Shown: positions 27,113-36,717 of the stretch, one piece after another
Position numbering within the stretch: the first letter of the stretch is position 1
Layout of the letters: the number at the start of each line of letters is the position of its first letter
The notes under the pieces: generated by a model
What the model saw: the letters and a program-made list of their open reading frames with translations, nothing else
The model's database searches: none
What the model was told of the DNA's origin: nothing
Position numbers and translations under genes: made by a program
DNA from: Thermoproteota archaeon
GTDB lineage: Archaea; Korarchaeota; Korarchaeia; Korarchaeales; Korarchaeaceae
DNA length: 64,000 nt
Direction of reading: 5' to 3'
Assembly (NCBI GenBank): GCA_027492205.1
Contig: JAOZFN010000007.1
Location: 123,278-187,277, forward strand

Positions 27113-28379
27113 GCCCCAGCAGCTTCAGGGCCTTAGGGAGCATCTCGTGCCCCCTCTCTATCACGCCAAGCCTGCCGCGGGAGCAGGACACCTCGTCGAA
27201 CCTGTCCACCTCATCGGGCGGCACGCCCGGACCCGCGACGCACGTTGGAACGGGATCGTCCGTGTGCGCCCTCGCCCAACATGGCGTGGCGTGATCTGAC
27301 GTGACCAGGACCGCTAGCTCCTCTCCCAGCCCATGATCCTCTATCATTGGCCTGACGAACATCTCGTCAATCACCTCGATTGCTTCAACCTTGGCCCTCA
27401 TGTTTCCATCGTGTCCCGGCTCATCTGGCCCCTTGAGGTGCACGTAAGCGACGTCCACGCCCCTTAGAAGTCGTATAGCCGCTTCTAGCCTCGTGGGAAT
27501 GTCGCTTCTGAGGCTTCCCGAGGGCGGGGGGACCTCCTCGAGTCGCATGCCTAGGAGGCGCGCTATCCCGATCTCAACGGGCATCTCGACAACGGCGCCA
27601 AATGATAGGCCGTACTTCTCTGAGATGGGTTCTACCGGCGGAAGACGCGCCCCCGCATCTCTGAGCAGAATGGCGTTGGCGGGCAGCTTGCCCTCCATCC
27701 TCCTTCTCTCATTGACAGGGTGTCGATCCAAGAGCTCGACCGCCCTCTCGGTAAACTCGTTCACCAGGGAGGCCGTCAATCTCGCCTCCGGTGAGGAGTC
27801 CATCGGATCGCATCGAGTCAACCTCATGTCTGGGTTGGGCACGGCGACGCTTATGAGTCCCTTGCGTCGATAGGCCGGATCTGTGTTGTCTACCATCTCA
27901 GAGAGCCGGCCCCCCTCCACTCCTATGACGACGACCGCCCTGTGGCCAACCGTGGCTTTGACTCTGACGTAGGAGCCCGGAACGCTGAGACGCATTCCGT
28001 CCAGCGCCATAGCCAGTTCACGAGATTCCTCCGTTGTTAAGCTCCTCCCCACCCTCCGATCAATTATCCTGAGAGTCTCCGGCTCGATCGTTGCGAAGTT
28101 TGCTCTGAACGCGACTTCACCCTCTCGAAGGATGATGCCGGCGCCCGCTGCCTCTATCGGGCCTCTGCCAGTGTAGTACCTGCGTGGATCGTAGCCCAAG
28201 ATGGACAGGACCGCCGCGTCGCTCTCGGGCGCCACCCCTCTGGCTATTGTGTAGGTCATTCCACACGCGCCTCTCTTGGCTATGTGATCCAAGCCCGGCT
28301 TATGGGCCGTTAGGAGGGCCGTATCTCTACTTGCAGTCCCAGCCGCGCCGTCCAAGACCAGGTAGAGTAGCTTTACCAA
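27096..28379 (-). CDS. apgM: 2,3-bisphosphoglycerate-independent phosphoglycerate mutase (archaeal)
   Basis: VLDG, PESD, YTGRGPIEA, AFRANFAT, HLKGPDEPGHDG, TSDHATP. Confidence 0.92.
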   Translation of the reverse strand: MVKLLYLVLDGAAGTASRDTALLTAHKPGLDHIAKRGACGMTYTIARGVAPESDAAVLSILGYDPRRYYTGRGPIEAAGAGIILREGEVAFRANFATIEPETLRIIDRRVGRSLTTEESRELAMALDGMRLSVPGSYVRVKATVGHRAVVVIGVEGGRLSEMVDNTDPAYRRKGLISVAVPNPDMRLTRCDPMDSSPEARLTASLVNEFTERAVELLDRHPVNERRRMEGKLPANAILLRDAGARLPPVEPISEKYGLSFGAVVEMPVEIGIARLLGMRLEEVPPPSGSLRSDIPTRLEAAIRLLRGVDVAYVHLKGPDEPGHDGNMRAKVEAIEVIDEMFVRPMIEDHGLGEELAVLVTSDHATPCWARAHTDDPVPTCVAGPGVPPDEVDRFDEVSCSRGRLGVIERGHEMLPKALKLLGLSPQS

Positions 28380-28461
28380 GGAATCGAAACCTCCCGCTGT
28401 CGGGCCGCGAATCGGGGCAAGTTAAAATTATTCGGCGGTCAAAGGACGTGGCTGGTGAAGA

Positions 28462-29265
28462 ATGGAGGGTAGCGACCTTGATGAGCAGCAGGTGAAAAAG
28501 GCCCTCCTGAAGCTCAGCGAAAAGTATCTGCTAGGCGACATTGAGAAGGACGAGTACGAGTCCCTGAAGGCTAAGCTTGAGTCGGCCCTTAACCTGATCA
28601 GGCTGAGGGAAAATCTTGAGAGAGGAGAGATTGGGCTGGACGAGTATGAGGCCGTTGCGGCGGAGCTGGAGAAGAAGACTGAGGGGGTAGGGGATGTCGT
28701 GGCGGAGCTGCTGAGGGAGGAGACCGTGCAGCCTACTTCGAAGCCCATTGCAGAGGCGCCGAGCGCCGAATCTCCCGCCCCCATTCCAGTCAGAGTTGAC
28801 GTCCAGCCTGGGGGCATCGCGGCCCCGCCGGAGGCTCCGGGAAAGGGAGTTCCGGAGGAGGAAGTCAAAGGGCTCCTAGACGTGGTTCAGGATATGCTTT
28901 CCCAGCTGGAGGATCTCGATTTCAAGAGGAAGAAGCTCAGGGACCTCTTCGTAAATGGGGAAATATCGGATGACACGTTCGTCGATCTATACCAGGACCT
29001 CAGAAGCCTGAGGGAGGAGCTGATAAGAAAGCTGGAGGAGAAGAGGTCAGAGCTTGAAGAAGAGCTCGTGGAGTCCAAGAGGGCCATTAGAGAGATGGAG
29101 CGGGAGCTGGAGGTGCTCCGCGCCAAGGCGGCGCTGGGTCAAATATCAGACATTGAGTACGAGACCAGAAGAGAAAAGATTGAGGAGAATCTGGCTCGAC
29201 TTCGGGCGAACATGGAGACCGTTCAGAAGGCCCTCTCTATAATGGGGGTAGGAGAGGGAGAGTGA
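28462..29265 (+). CDS. CdvA-like coiled-coil protein with repeated G[DEQ]I-xxxx-[YF] motifs
   Basis: GDIEKDEY, GEIGLDEY, GEISDDTF, GQISDIEY. The last two are separated by a long coiled coil as in CdvA. Pro/Ala-rich linker in the middle. Confidence 0.65.
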   Translation: MEGSDLDEQQVKKALLKLSEKYLLGDIEKDEYESLKAKLESALNLIRLRENLERGEIGLDEYEAVAAELEKKTEGVGDVVAELLREETVQPTSKPIAEAPSAESPAPIPVRVDVQPGGIAAPPEAPGKGVPEEEVKGLLDVVQDMLSQLEDLDFKRKKLRDLFVNGEISDDTFVDLYQDLRSLREELIRKLEEKRSELEEELVESKRAIREMERELEVLRAKAALGQISDIEYETRREKIEENLARLRANMETVQKALSIMGVGEGE

Positions 29266-29295
29266 CTCGATCACCGCGATAGCTATGGTGGCCTG

Positions 29296-29321
29296 GAGGG
29301 AGAAGGGAAGAAAAAGAGGGG
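29296..29321 (-). terminator. Pyrimidine-rich putative terminator of the histone gene
   Basis: Minus strand cccctctttttcttcccttctccctc about 20 nt after the stop codon. Confidence 0.5.
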
Positions 29322-29339
29322 TAGAGGCTGCAGGTTCGC

Positions 29340-29567
29340 CTACTTCTTGGACTTCTTCCAAATGGCCTGAATGGCTAGGTCGATGTCATCGGCGGTTACA
29401 GTCTTCCTTCCAGCGTGTCGGGCGAGTTCAGCAGCCTGCTTGGCAACCTCAACGCCAAACTTCTCAAGATGGTAGACGAGCGTCTCCGTTGCAGACTCGC
29501 TAACCCTCTCAGCGCCAGCCTCCTTGATTATCCTCGCAACAGGCGCCTTAGGTAGGTACCTTGGCAT
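29340..29567 (-). CDS. Archaeal histone (HMf-like) with basic C-terminal extension
   Basis: LPKAPVARIIKEAGAERVS and ARHAGRKTVTADDI. SD AGGTGA upstream. Confidence 0.95.
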   Translation of the reverse strand: MPRYLPKAPVARIIKEAGAERVSESATETLVYHLEKFGVEVAKQAAELARHAGRKTVTADDIDLAIQAIWKKSKK

Positions 29568-29875
29568 GCTTTCACCTGTCGAAATCCGGTCGTGTATAGG
29601 ATAAAAGTTTACCGGCTCGTCGCCGAACTCCTCGGCAGAATGAGCCGCCGCAAGAGCCCGATTCGCCTTGGTAGGAGCCTCTCAACGCATTAGAAGTCTG
29701 TTAAGAATACTTACGAAACAAAGCAATCCCGGGGTATTTTAAATTAGTTCACGATAAGTTGGTGTATTGGAACAAACAGTTGATGCCGTATTCAGCACTT
29801 TTCCATTCGTCTGAATCACTTTATACCCCTCCGGATCTCGGATCTGCCTATAGCAAGTGGCGGGTGAATCCGCGC

Positions 29876-31438
29876 ATGGACCATGCACCCATTGTAGTCG
29901 ATGAACTCGCCGCTGGGGCCGCCGCCAGGTTGATCGCCTTCCTGCTCGACCTGCTCGTAGTGGGGTTCCTCTTCGCTCCACTCCTAGCACTGGCCCTCGG
30001 GGGGAGCTTCATCCGTCTGTGGGCGATCGCCAGCCTGGAGTTCTTCGGCTACCTGGTGTACTTTTCCTACTTGGAAGGGAAGAGGGGCGCCACGCTGGGA
30101 AAAGAGCTGCTCGGCCTCAGGGTACTGGGAGAGCGCCTTACTCCCCCATCCTACTGGCAGGCATTCGTTAGGGGCCTGACGAGGGCAGCAGATCTGGCCC
30201 TCTTGGGCCTCCCCTTGATTCTGCGGGCCGATCGAAGGAGGTTGGGGGACGTCCTTTCCGGCACTGTCGTCGTGGCCGAGAGCAAGGCTGCGCTCAAGAT
30301 ACCCACCCCGGGCAGGTATGCGTCCCTTAAGCGGATTGGTGGAAGGGCCTGGGAGAGAGATCGGGCTATCGTAGAGGGCCTCATTCTAGAGGTTAGGGAG
30401 AGACTCGGCGAAGGACAAGCCCAGCTGGCCGACGAGATCCTCCACAGGGTCTCAGAGAGGGAGGGGGTCAGCGAGGGGGAGGTGAAGGAAAGGGTAACTC
30501 GACTCTTGGGACTCGATGACAGCGACTGGAGAGTGGCCGTGGTGACGTATGGTCTGATGAGTGGGCTCGTCACCTTCAAGAGGGAGAGTCTGCTGAGGAG
30601 GTCCGCATCTGTCCTCAGGAGGGCCGCCGAATTGGCCTCGCGGCTCGAGGACGGGATGGAGTTCGAGGCGAGGGCTCGTGTTCTGGAGTCTCTCGATGAA
30701 ATGAGATCGAAGAGACGGAGGCCGAACGTCCGATCTAGCGTCGCCTCCGTCCTCACCGCAGCCCCCGTCGAGTTCAGGTCGAGCCTGCCCTTCTTCGCCG
30801 TTGCCCTGCTGATACTGCTCTCAGGCGTGGGTCTGGGAGTGATGGTGGGTTCAGAGTTCGCTCAGGAGCTCAGTAAGATATTCGGGCCTCCCGGGGACAT
30901 CAGGTCTGAAAGACCCGCCCTGCTTGCGGCGGCCATCGCCATGAACAACGTGCGAGTTGACCTGGGCGTTCTGCTCGGAGCCGGACCCGCAGTTTACCCA
31001 CTCATACTGATGCTCCTCACGAACGGGGCCGTGGTTGGGTCCCTGGCCGCGCATTCAATGGCTTCAGACGGCATCACGAGGTTCCTAGCCCTGATAGCCC
31101 CCCACGGAGTGGGAGAGCTCTCCCTCTTCCTTGTTGCCGCCGCCGGGGGCTTCAAGATCGCGTGGAAGATGATGTTCCCAGGGAGAGGCAGGGAGGCCGC
31201 GCTTCGAAGCGCCAGGAGGGCGATCGTCCTGCCGGTCTTCGCCGCGCTGCTCTTGCCGGTCTACGCGATAATTGAAGCATTCGTGACACCCAGGCTCGCC
31301 AACAGCCCCAAGGCAGCCCTCCTAGTGGGGGTTGCCTCGGCGGCCCCCGTCTACCTGTGGATCCTCCTGGGCAGAGGAAGCGCCGTTAGAGATGCTGAGG
31401 AGGACGCCCGGTCCGCGTCCGGAGGGGAGGCGCCTTGA
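29876..31438 (+). CDS. RDD domain plus SpoIIM-like (DUF95) membrane domain fusion
   Basis: RLIAFLLD, GATLGKELLGLRV, RRLGDVLSGTVVV (RDD). AMNNVRV, LTNGAVVG, IAPHGVGEL, AIIEAFVTP (SpoIIM). SD GGGTGA before ATG 29876. Confidence 0.85.
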   Translation: MDHAPIVVDELAAGAAARLIAFLLDLLVVGFLFAPLLALALGGSFIRLWAIASLEFFGYLVYFSYLEGKRGATLGKELLGLRVLGERLTPPSYWQAFVRGLTRAADLALLGLPLILRADRRRLGDVLSGTVVVAESKAALKIPTPGRYASLKRIGGRAWERDRAIVEGLILEVRERLGEGQAQLADEILHRVSEREGVSEGEVKERVTRLLGLDDSDWRVAVVTYGLMSGLVTFKRESLLRRSASVLRRAAELASRLEDGMEFEARARVLESLDEMRSKRRRPNVRSSVASVLTAAPVEFRSSLPFFAVALLILLSGVGLGVMVGSEFAQELSKIFGPPGDIRSERPALLAAAIAMNNVRVDLGVLLGAGPAVYPLILMLLTNGAVVGSLAAHSMASDGITRFLALIAPHGVGELSLFLVAAAGGFKIAWKMMFPGRGREAALRSARRAIVLPVFAALLLPVYAIIEAFVTPRLANSPKAALLVGVASAAPVYLWILLGRGSAVRDAEEDARSASGGEAP

Positions 31439-32844
31439 GAGTGATGGGAGAGTCAGAGGATCGGCTCAGTCGGGCCTTGCGCGAGGGCGAGCTGACCGTC
31501 GCCGTCTACGGCCTGGGACACGTGGGAGTCCCCTTGCTGGCCGCCTGGCTGTTGGCCGGCGCCAGGGGCATCGGGGTAGATGTGGATGAAGCCAAGGTTG
31601 CGGCGGTGGCCTCAGGTCGCAGTCCCGTCGAGGAGCCGGGGGTAGAAGAGATCCTGAGGGCGGCCCTCTCGAGCGGCAGGCTGAAGTCAACGACCAACGG
31701 AGTCCTCGCGTCCAGGGAATCCGACGTGAAGCTGGTAGCCGTTCCGACGAAGCTCAAGTCCTCCCCCGCATCCATGGGAGCGGAAGCGGACCTATCTGCC
31801 CTGAAGTCGGCCGCTAGGGCTATCGGGAAGGGACTCAAGGAGGGAGACTTGGTCATCCTCGAGAGCAGCGTCCCGCCCGGAACGACGAGGAGGGTGTTGA
31901 GACCCACACTCGAGGAGGTCAGCGGCCTCACCGCTGAGAGGGACTTTGGCCTGGCATATAGCCCTGAGAGGATCTACGTGGGCAGGGCCCTGGCGGACAT
32001 AGTCGAGAGGTACCCCAAGATCGTGGGAGGGGTCGGCCCGGAGAGCGCCCGGGTCGCCGCTGCCCTCTACCGAGAGGTGGCGAAGGGGGGCGTGATGGTC
32101 CTGTCCAGCGACGTCGCGGCGGAGTTTGAGAAGCTCGCGGAGGGGGCCTACAGAGACGTCAACATAGCTCTAGCCAACCAGCTGGCGATCCTAGCCGCCA
32201 GGCTGGGGGTTGAGTTCGAGGAGATCAGAGAGGCGGCAAACAGCCAGCCGTTCTGTCATCTCCACCGTCCTGGAACGGGCGTCGGGGGGCCCTGCATTCC
32301 CATCTACCCCCACTTCCTCCTCGAGGTGGCGCGTGACGTCGGAGCCGACCTCGAACTCGTAGAGCTAGCCAGGAAGATCAACTCTGAGATGCCGAGACGC
32401 GTTGCCCACCTCGCCCTGGAAGGGACCGAGCGGGCCGGGTTGAACCCGAACTCCGCCAGCGTGTGCGTCCTAGGACTCGCCTTCAGGGGAGGGGTGGCAG
32501 ACACCCGCCTCAGCCCGACCTACGATCTCGTGGGGGAACTCCTAAGGTTGGGGTTCCGCAGCGTGAGGGTGCACGATCCCAGAGTCCGAGCTGGGGGGGG
32601 CCTGCCCCGGGGGGTCAGGTTCCTCTCCGACCTTCGCGCCGCGCTCCAAGGGTGTCAGGTGGTCGTGCTCTCGACCGACCACCCCGAGTATGTCGGGATG
32701 AGCCCAGCAAGACTCCGCGAGCTATCTCAGGGGACCCTGCTAGTGGTGGTGGATGGGAGGGATTGCCTGGACGCCAGGCACGTGCCGGAGGGCATGATAT
32801 ACCTGGCTGTCGGGAGGCCGATCAGGGTTGGGGGATCCGGCTGA
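31435..32844 (+). CDS. Nucleotide-sugar dehydrogenase (WecC/WbpA-like)
   Basis: GLGHVG, AVPT, ESSVPPGTT, YSPER, KLAEGAYRDVNIALANQL, PGTGVGGPCIP. Confidence 0.92.
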   Translation: MRVMGESEDRLSRALREGELTVAVYGLGHVGVPLLAAWLLAGARGIGVDVDEAKVAAVASGRSPVEEPGVEEILRAALSSGRLKSTTNGVLASRESDVKLVAVPTKLKSSPASMGAEADLSALKSAARAIGKGLKEGDLVILESSVPPGTTRRVLRPTLEEVSGLTAERDFGLAYSPERIYVGRALADIVERYPKIVGGVGPESARVAAALYREVAKGGVMVLSSDVAAEFEKLAEGAYRDVNIALANQLAILAARLGVEFEEIREAANSQPFCHLHRPGTGVGGPCIPIYPHFLLEVARDVGADLELVELARKINSEMPRRVAHLALEGTERAGLNPNSASVCVLGLAFRGGVADTRLSPTYDLVGELLRLGFRSVRVHDPRVRAGGGLPRGVRFLSDLRAALQGCQVVVLSTDHPEYVGMSPARLRELSQGTLLVVVDGRDCLDARHVPEGMIYLAVGRPIRVGGSG

Positions 32845-33673
32845 CATCCTGAGGAGGCCGGATCGGCCACCCGACAGGGAATCTTTTCTTCGGCTGCTCG
32901 AGGATACCGAGGAGGAGTTCTCGGGGATCCGCCACCTGCTGGAGGTTGAGGACCCTGAGTGGCCCGTGCTCTTCGTGGGGGACACCCACGGGGACCTCGA
33001 GTCGGCCGTCAGGGCCAAGGAGCTGGCGGATGAGAGAGGGGCCAGCGTCGTCTTGTTGGGCGACTACGTCGACAGGGGGCCGAACCAAGTCGAGACCCTG
33101 TCCTTTGTGCTTGCTTGGAGGCTCGTCGAACCGGAGAGGGTGGTGATCCTGCGGGGGAACCACGAGAGCCCCCTCACCAACCCGTACTACGGCTTCCTAA
33201 GGGCTGTGGTTGGTCTATATGATAAGCAGGTGTACGACCAGGCCACGCGAACGTTCGCACAGCTCCCCTACGCCGCCAGGATAGGAGGTGAGGTGCTCGC
33301 TATTCACGGGGGGCTTTCAAGAGGGATCAGCGGTGTGGAGGAGATAGCTGGCCTGCCCAAGGGGGATTTGAACCCCGATCACCCGGTCGCCATGCAGCTG
33401 CTGTGGAACGATCCAGACGAGTCCATTGAAGACTTCGCCCCCAGCGTGCGTGGCCCCGGAGTTTTCAGGTTCGGGAGGAGGGCCTTCCGCGACTTTATGG
33501 ATAACTCAAGGCTAAGGTTACTGGTGAGGGCCCACGAGTTCTTTCCGGAGGGGGTGCGAACGTTCTTCGGGGGGAGGCTCCTCAGCGTCTTCAGCTGTAG
33601 GTTCTACGGCGGAACTCCTGCGGCCGTCCTAATGGACGAGGGGCTCAGCTGGAGGATGGTCCCCCTCTCATGA
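32828..33673 (+). CDS. PPP-family Ser/Thr protein phosphatase
   Basis: GDTHG, GDYVDRG, RGNHE, HGG, LLWNDP, RAHE, SVFS. Confidence 0.92.
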   Translation: MGDPADILRRPDRPPDRESFLRLLEDTEEEFSGIRHLLEVEDPEWPVLFVGDTHGDLESAVRAKELADERGASVVLLGDYVDRGPNQVETLSFVLAWRLVEPERVVILRGNHESPLTNPYYGFLRAVVGLYDKQVYDQATRTFAQLPYAARIGGEVLAIHGGLSRGISGVEEIAGLPKGDLNPDHPVAMQLLWNDPDESIEDFAPSVRGPGVFRFGRRAFRDFMDNSRLRLLVRAHEFFPEGVRTFFGGRLLSVFSCRFYGGTPAAVLMDEGLSWRMVPLS

Positions 33674-33686
33674 GGCTCCGGCGGTT

Positions 33687-34379
33687 TCAGTACCACTCCA
33701 CGTAGTAGTCCCAAAACACCCTCCCGGGCGCCTCCCGCCTCCTCCTAGCGGCCTCCCTTAGTGGCGAGCCCAGGACCAGCCCCGTGATGAAGCCCCCTAC
33801 GTGAGCCCACCAGGCCACCCCGGAGATGCCGAGAGCCCCCATGATGAGCTGGTACACGAACCAGAAGCCGATGTAGTAATAGGCGGGTACCCGGACAACC
33901 TGCCAGAAGAAGCCGTAGGTGACCACGGTCTGGATTCTGGCGTGGGGGTAGAAGATCCAGTAAGCGCCGAGGACCCCGCTTATCGCCCCCGAAGCCCCCA
34001 CCGCGGGGATGTACGCCGCGGGTGGCGTGAGGCTGGCCAGCACGTGGAGTCCCGTTGCACCGACGCCCGAGGCTAGGTAGAACGCAAGGTACTTGGCCTT
34101 CCCGAATGCCGCCTCCACGTTGTCCCCGAAGATGTACAGGTAGACCATGTTGCCTATCAGGTGGGACCAGCCGCCGTGCAGGAACATGGACGTGAATATC
34201 CGGTACGCGTTTCCCAGCGGGTCGGCCAGGAACGCGGCGGGGATGAAGCCGAAGTCGTACACGGCACGCTCCAGGCCGTACGCCAGCTCCCAGAGGAAGA
34301 CCACCGTGTTGACGATGATGAGGGCGTAGGTGACGGCTGGCCTCACCCCGCTTGGGTTCTCATCTCTGATGGGGAACAT
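33687..34379 (-). CDS. Rhomboid intramembrane serine protease
   Basis: TSMFLHGG, HLIGNM, GASGAISG, VAWWAHVGG. Confidence 0.93.
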   Translation of the reverse strand: MFPIRDENPSGVRPAVTYALIIVNTVVFLWELAYGLERAVYDFGFIPAAFLADPLGNAYRIFTSMFLHGGWSHLIGNMVYLYIFGDNVEAAFGKAKYLAFYLASGVGATGLHVLASLTPPAAYIPAVGASGAISGVLGAYWIFYPHARIQTVVTYGFFWQVVRVPAYYYIGFWFVYQLIMGALGISGVAWWAHVGGFITGLVLGSPLREAARRRREAPGRVFWDYYVEWY

Positions 34380-34393
34380 GGGACATCACCTCG

Positions 34394-34452
34394 GGCTCAG
34401 CCGACCCTCTTCCGGGGCACTGGACCCCTCTTGCCGAATAGTCATCATCGCC
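34394..34452 (-). ncRNA. Box C/D sRNA candidate
   Basis: Consensus C box AUGAUGA and D box CUGA 41 nt apart, short GGC/GCC stem, TAAATATT about 22 nt upstream. Confidence 0.65.
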
Positions 34453-34478
34453 TAAGACCTCACTCCCGGTGCCAATAT

Positions 34479-34967
34479 TTAGGACTTGAGGACCCTCCCC
34501 CGGCGATCTATCTCGCCGGCCCTGATTCTGGTGGAGCTCAGCCTTCCCCCGTCCTCTGCGGGGACGAGGGGACACGCCACAATGTATAGGGGCCGAAGTC
34601 CTCTCTTTCTGCGGGCCTCGTTGACCAGCAGCGCCCCCGGAATGGTCTCCTCTGAGACCACCAAGGCGTCCGCCCTGCTGTCCTCTCCAGCCGGTCCGAC
34701 CGGGTCCGTTATGCGTACGACCTCTTGATCGACGCCGAGACTCCTCAGGAAGTCCTCAACAGCCCTCTTCCTGACATCAAAGGGTTCTATCATATCCCTG
34801 TACTTTTTCGACCTGAGGAGAGGTCCGTCGGCGAGGCCCACAAACACCTCTCGGCCTATGGAGGCCGCCAGCCTCAGCAGGGACTCGTGCCCGGCGTGAA
34901 GCCTGTCGAACGTACCCGCCACGATCACCCTTCCAAAAGGCTTTCCGCACGACCCGCGATCTCCCAA
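34479..34967 (-). CDS. coaD: Archaeal phosphopantetheine adenylyltransferase
   Basis: GTFDRLHAGH, ITDPVGP, LVVSEET, LSSTRIRAGEID. Confidence 0.9.
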   Translation of the reverse strand: MGDRGSCGKPFGRVIVAGTFDRLHAGHESLLRLAASIGREVFVGLADGPLLRSKKYRDMIEPFDVRKRAVEDFLRSLGVDQEVVRITDPVGPAGEDSRADALVVSEETIPGALLVNEARRKRGLRPLYIVACPLVPAEDGGRLSSTRIRAGEIDRRGRVLKS

Positions 34968-35611
34968 ACAGACACCACCTCTATATCCGGCGCCGCGGTC
35001 GAGTCCTTTGATGCGCTCTTGCCCCTCCTGACCCTGACCGTCTTCATGCCGAGCTCTCTGGCGGAGTCAACCCCCTCAGGCCTCGCAGTCACGTAGATGC
35101 AGTTAGCAGGGTTTACTCCCAGCTCTTCGAGGGCAGACCTGTGTCTCTCGGGGTCTGGCTGACCTACCCACGCTCTCTCGAAGAGGTGGTGTAGGCCCAA
35201 CCTGATAACCTTCTCCCACTCCTTCACGGGGCTCCCGGGCGAAGACAGACCGAGGCCGTAGCCGCGATCTCGAAGCGTGAGGAGAGTCTTGAAGACCCTG
35301 GGGAGCGGCCTCAAGAAGGCGCGCTTGGTGTCGTGATAGGCTATTACGCCGGCAGCTATGACCCTCGGGTCCACCCTCAGGCCGAGCGCCGATATGGCGT
35401 CGTCGAAGTGCCTCGTGTAATCCTCTCCCATCTCCTCGACCACCTCGTTCACCTTCCTCAGCAGGACCTCAAAGTCCGCGGGGAGTCCGGCCTCAATCAT
35501 AGCAACAACCGCGTTCTCTCGGGCCATCCTCTTCAGCAAGGTTGCGTCATACAAGACGTCGTCCACATCGAACAACCACCAGACTCGAGCTCTCCCCGAA
35601 CCGGAGCTCAT
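34925..35611 (-). CDS. HAD-superfamily hydrolase (TIGR02253-like)
   Basis: FDVDDVLYD, ARENAVVAMIEAGL, IAAGVIAYH, KEWEKVIRLGL. Later HAD motifs are divergent. Confidence 0.8.
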   Translation of the reverse strand: MSSGSGRARVWWLFDVDDVLYDATLLKRMARENAVVAMIEAGLPADFEVLLRKVNEVVEEMGEDYTRHFDDAISALGLRVDPRVIAAGVIAYHDTKRAFLRPLPRVFKTLLTLRDRGYGLGLSSPGSPVKEWEKVIRLGLHHLFERAWVGQPDPERHRSALEELGVNPANCIYVTARPEGVDSARELGMKTVRVRRGKSASKDSTAAPDIEVVSVWEIAGRAESLLEG

Positions 35612-36610
35612 TCACACCACCCTCACGGACGCATCCGGGTCTATACCCAGGCTGAGCGTGACCTTCAGGGCGAGGAGTAGCAGCGCCGGAGCGTAGACCA
35701 GCGGGGCTATCTCCCCCGGCGGATTGACCCCCAGCGGTACGTGGGGACCAGCGGGGCCTACGCCGATCACTGTGGCGCCGTACCTCTCCGCAGCCATTTT
35801 GACCTCTGGGCTTCTCTCAGGTTCTAAAACCAGCACCGGCGTGCCAGCCGAGAGGAGTCGGTGCTTCGTGGCCAAGAACTCTCCCGGCGATGCGACGTCG
35901 CACATTATACCCGACATCAGCGTCAGCCGGTAAGAGAACTCCTGAGCCGCAGGCTTCATGCCGTTGGTGGAGACCACGAAGAGAAGCCGAGAGCGTGCGA
36001 TCAGCTCAGCCGCCTCATCGGCTACGGATTCAGCTCTCCCGAGAGCCTCGGCGGCCTGTTCGGGCGCCGCCTCCAAGAGGGACCGGAGGGAGTGAGCCCT
36101 GGCAGGCATACCCGCCAGCCTCGCAACCTCCGCCGCCAGGAGCAGGCCCGCCACCGACATGGGTGAGAAGAGGCCCATTCTCCCGGGTCCTCTCGTGAAC
36201 ACGAGGCTGTAATCTGATGCCCTGTGCAGGGTGCTCCCCGGGCTGCCCAGTACGGAGATCACAGGGGCGGTCGGATCCCTCTTCCTTAGTTCTCTGATGG
36301 CCAGCAGCGCCTCTCGCTCCTCCCCTGTCTCAGAGAAAATCACCGCGGCGGGCCTCTTGGGCTTCTCCGCAAGCCAGTTCGGGAAGTCCTCAGCGTCCAT
36401 CTCAATGGCCCCCGGACCGCCCACCTTGCCGAGGATTCTGCCGAGGAGGGAGGCGGGGTGCAGGGTGGGGCCCACTCCGATCGAGTAGACGAACTCCCTC
36501 GCGGCGAGAGCCTCGGCGGCGTACCTGGCCGGGACTGAGAGTAAGGAGAGGGCCCTCCTCATGAGGGCAGGCTGCTCGAGTATCTCACCCCTCGTCTCCT
36601 CGCCCCGCAA
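35612..36610 (-). CDS. Double SIS-domain protein (GlmS isomerase-like, divergent)
   Basis: EILEQP start, FSETGE, GSTLHRASD, terminal LGIDPD. Confidence 0.75.
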   Translation of the reverse strand: MRGEETRGEILEQPALMRRALSLLSVPARYAAEALAAREFVYSIGVGPTLHPASLLGRILGKVGGPGAIEMDAEDFPNWLAEKPKRPAAVIFSETGEEREALLAIRELRKRDPTAPVISVLGSPGSTLHRASDYSLVFTRGPGRMGLFSPMSVAGLLLAAEVARLAGMPARAHSLRSLLEAAPEQAAEALGRAESVADEAAELIARSRLLFVVSTNGMKPAAQEFSYRLTLMSGIMCDVASPGEFLATKHRLLSAGTPVLVLEPERSPEVKMAAERYGATVIGVGPAGPHVPLGVNPPGEIAPLVYAPALLLLALKVTLSLGIDPDASVRVV

Positions 36611-36717
36611 ATCGTCTCGAGGTGGCCCCCAGGGGCCTCCAAATTAAGTCCTCCCGATTCGAGTCGGTCCACAACCGTTAAGGGAGACCCACGAACCGGG
36701 CGAAGGGGTGACTCGAG

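Noticed and set aside
29690-29830. AT-rich patch as a replication origin
   Set aside because: Only weak GAAACAAA similarity to ORB elements, no repeated ORBs and no cdc6/orc1 nearby. More likely divergent promoter DNA.
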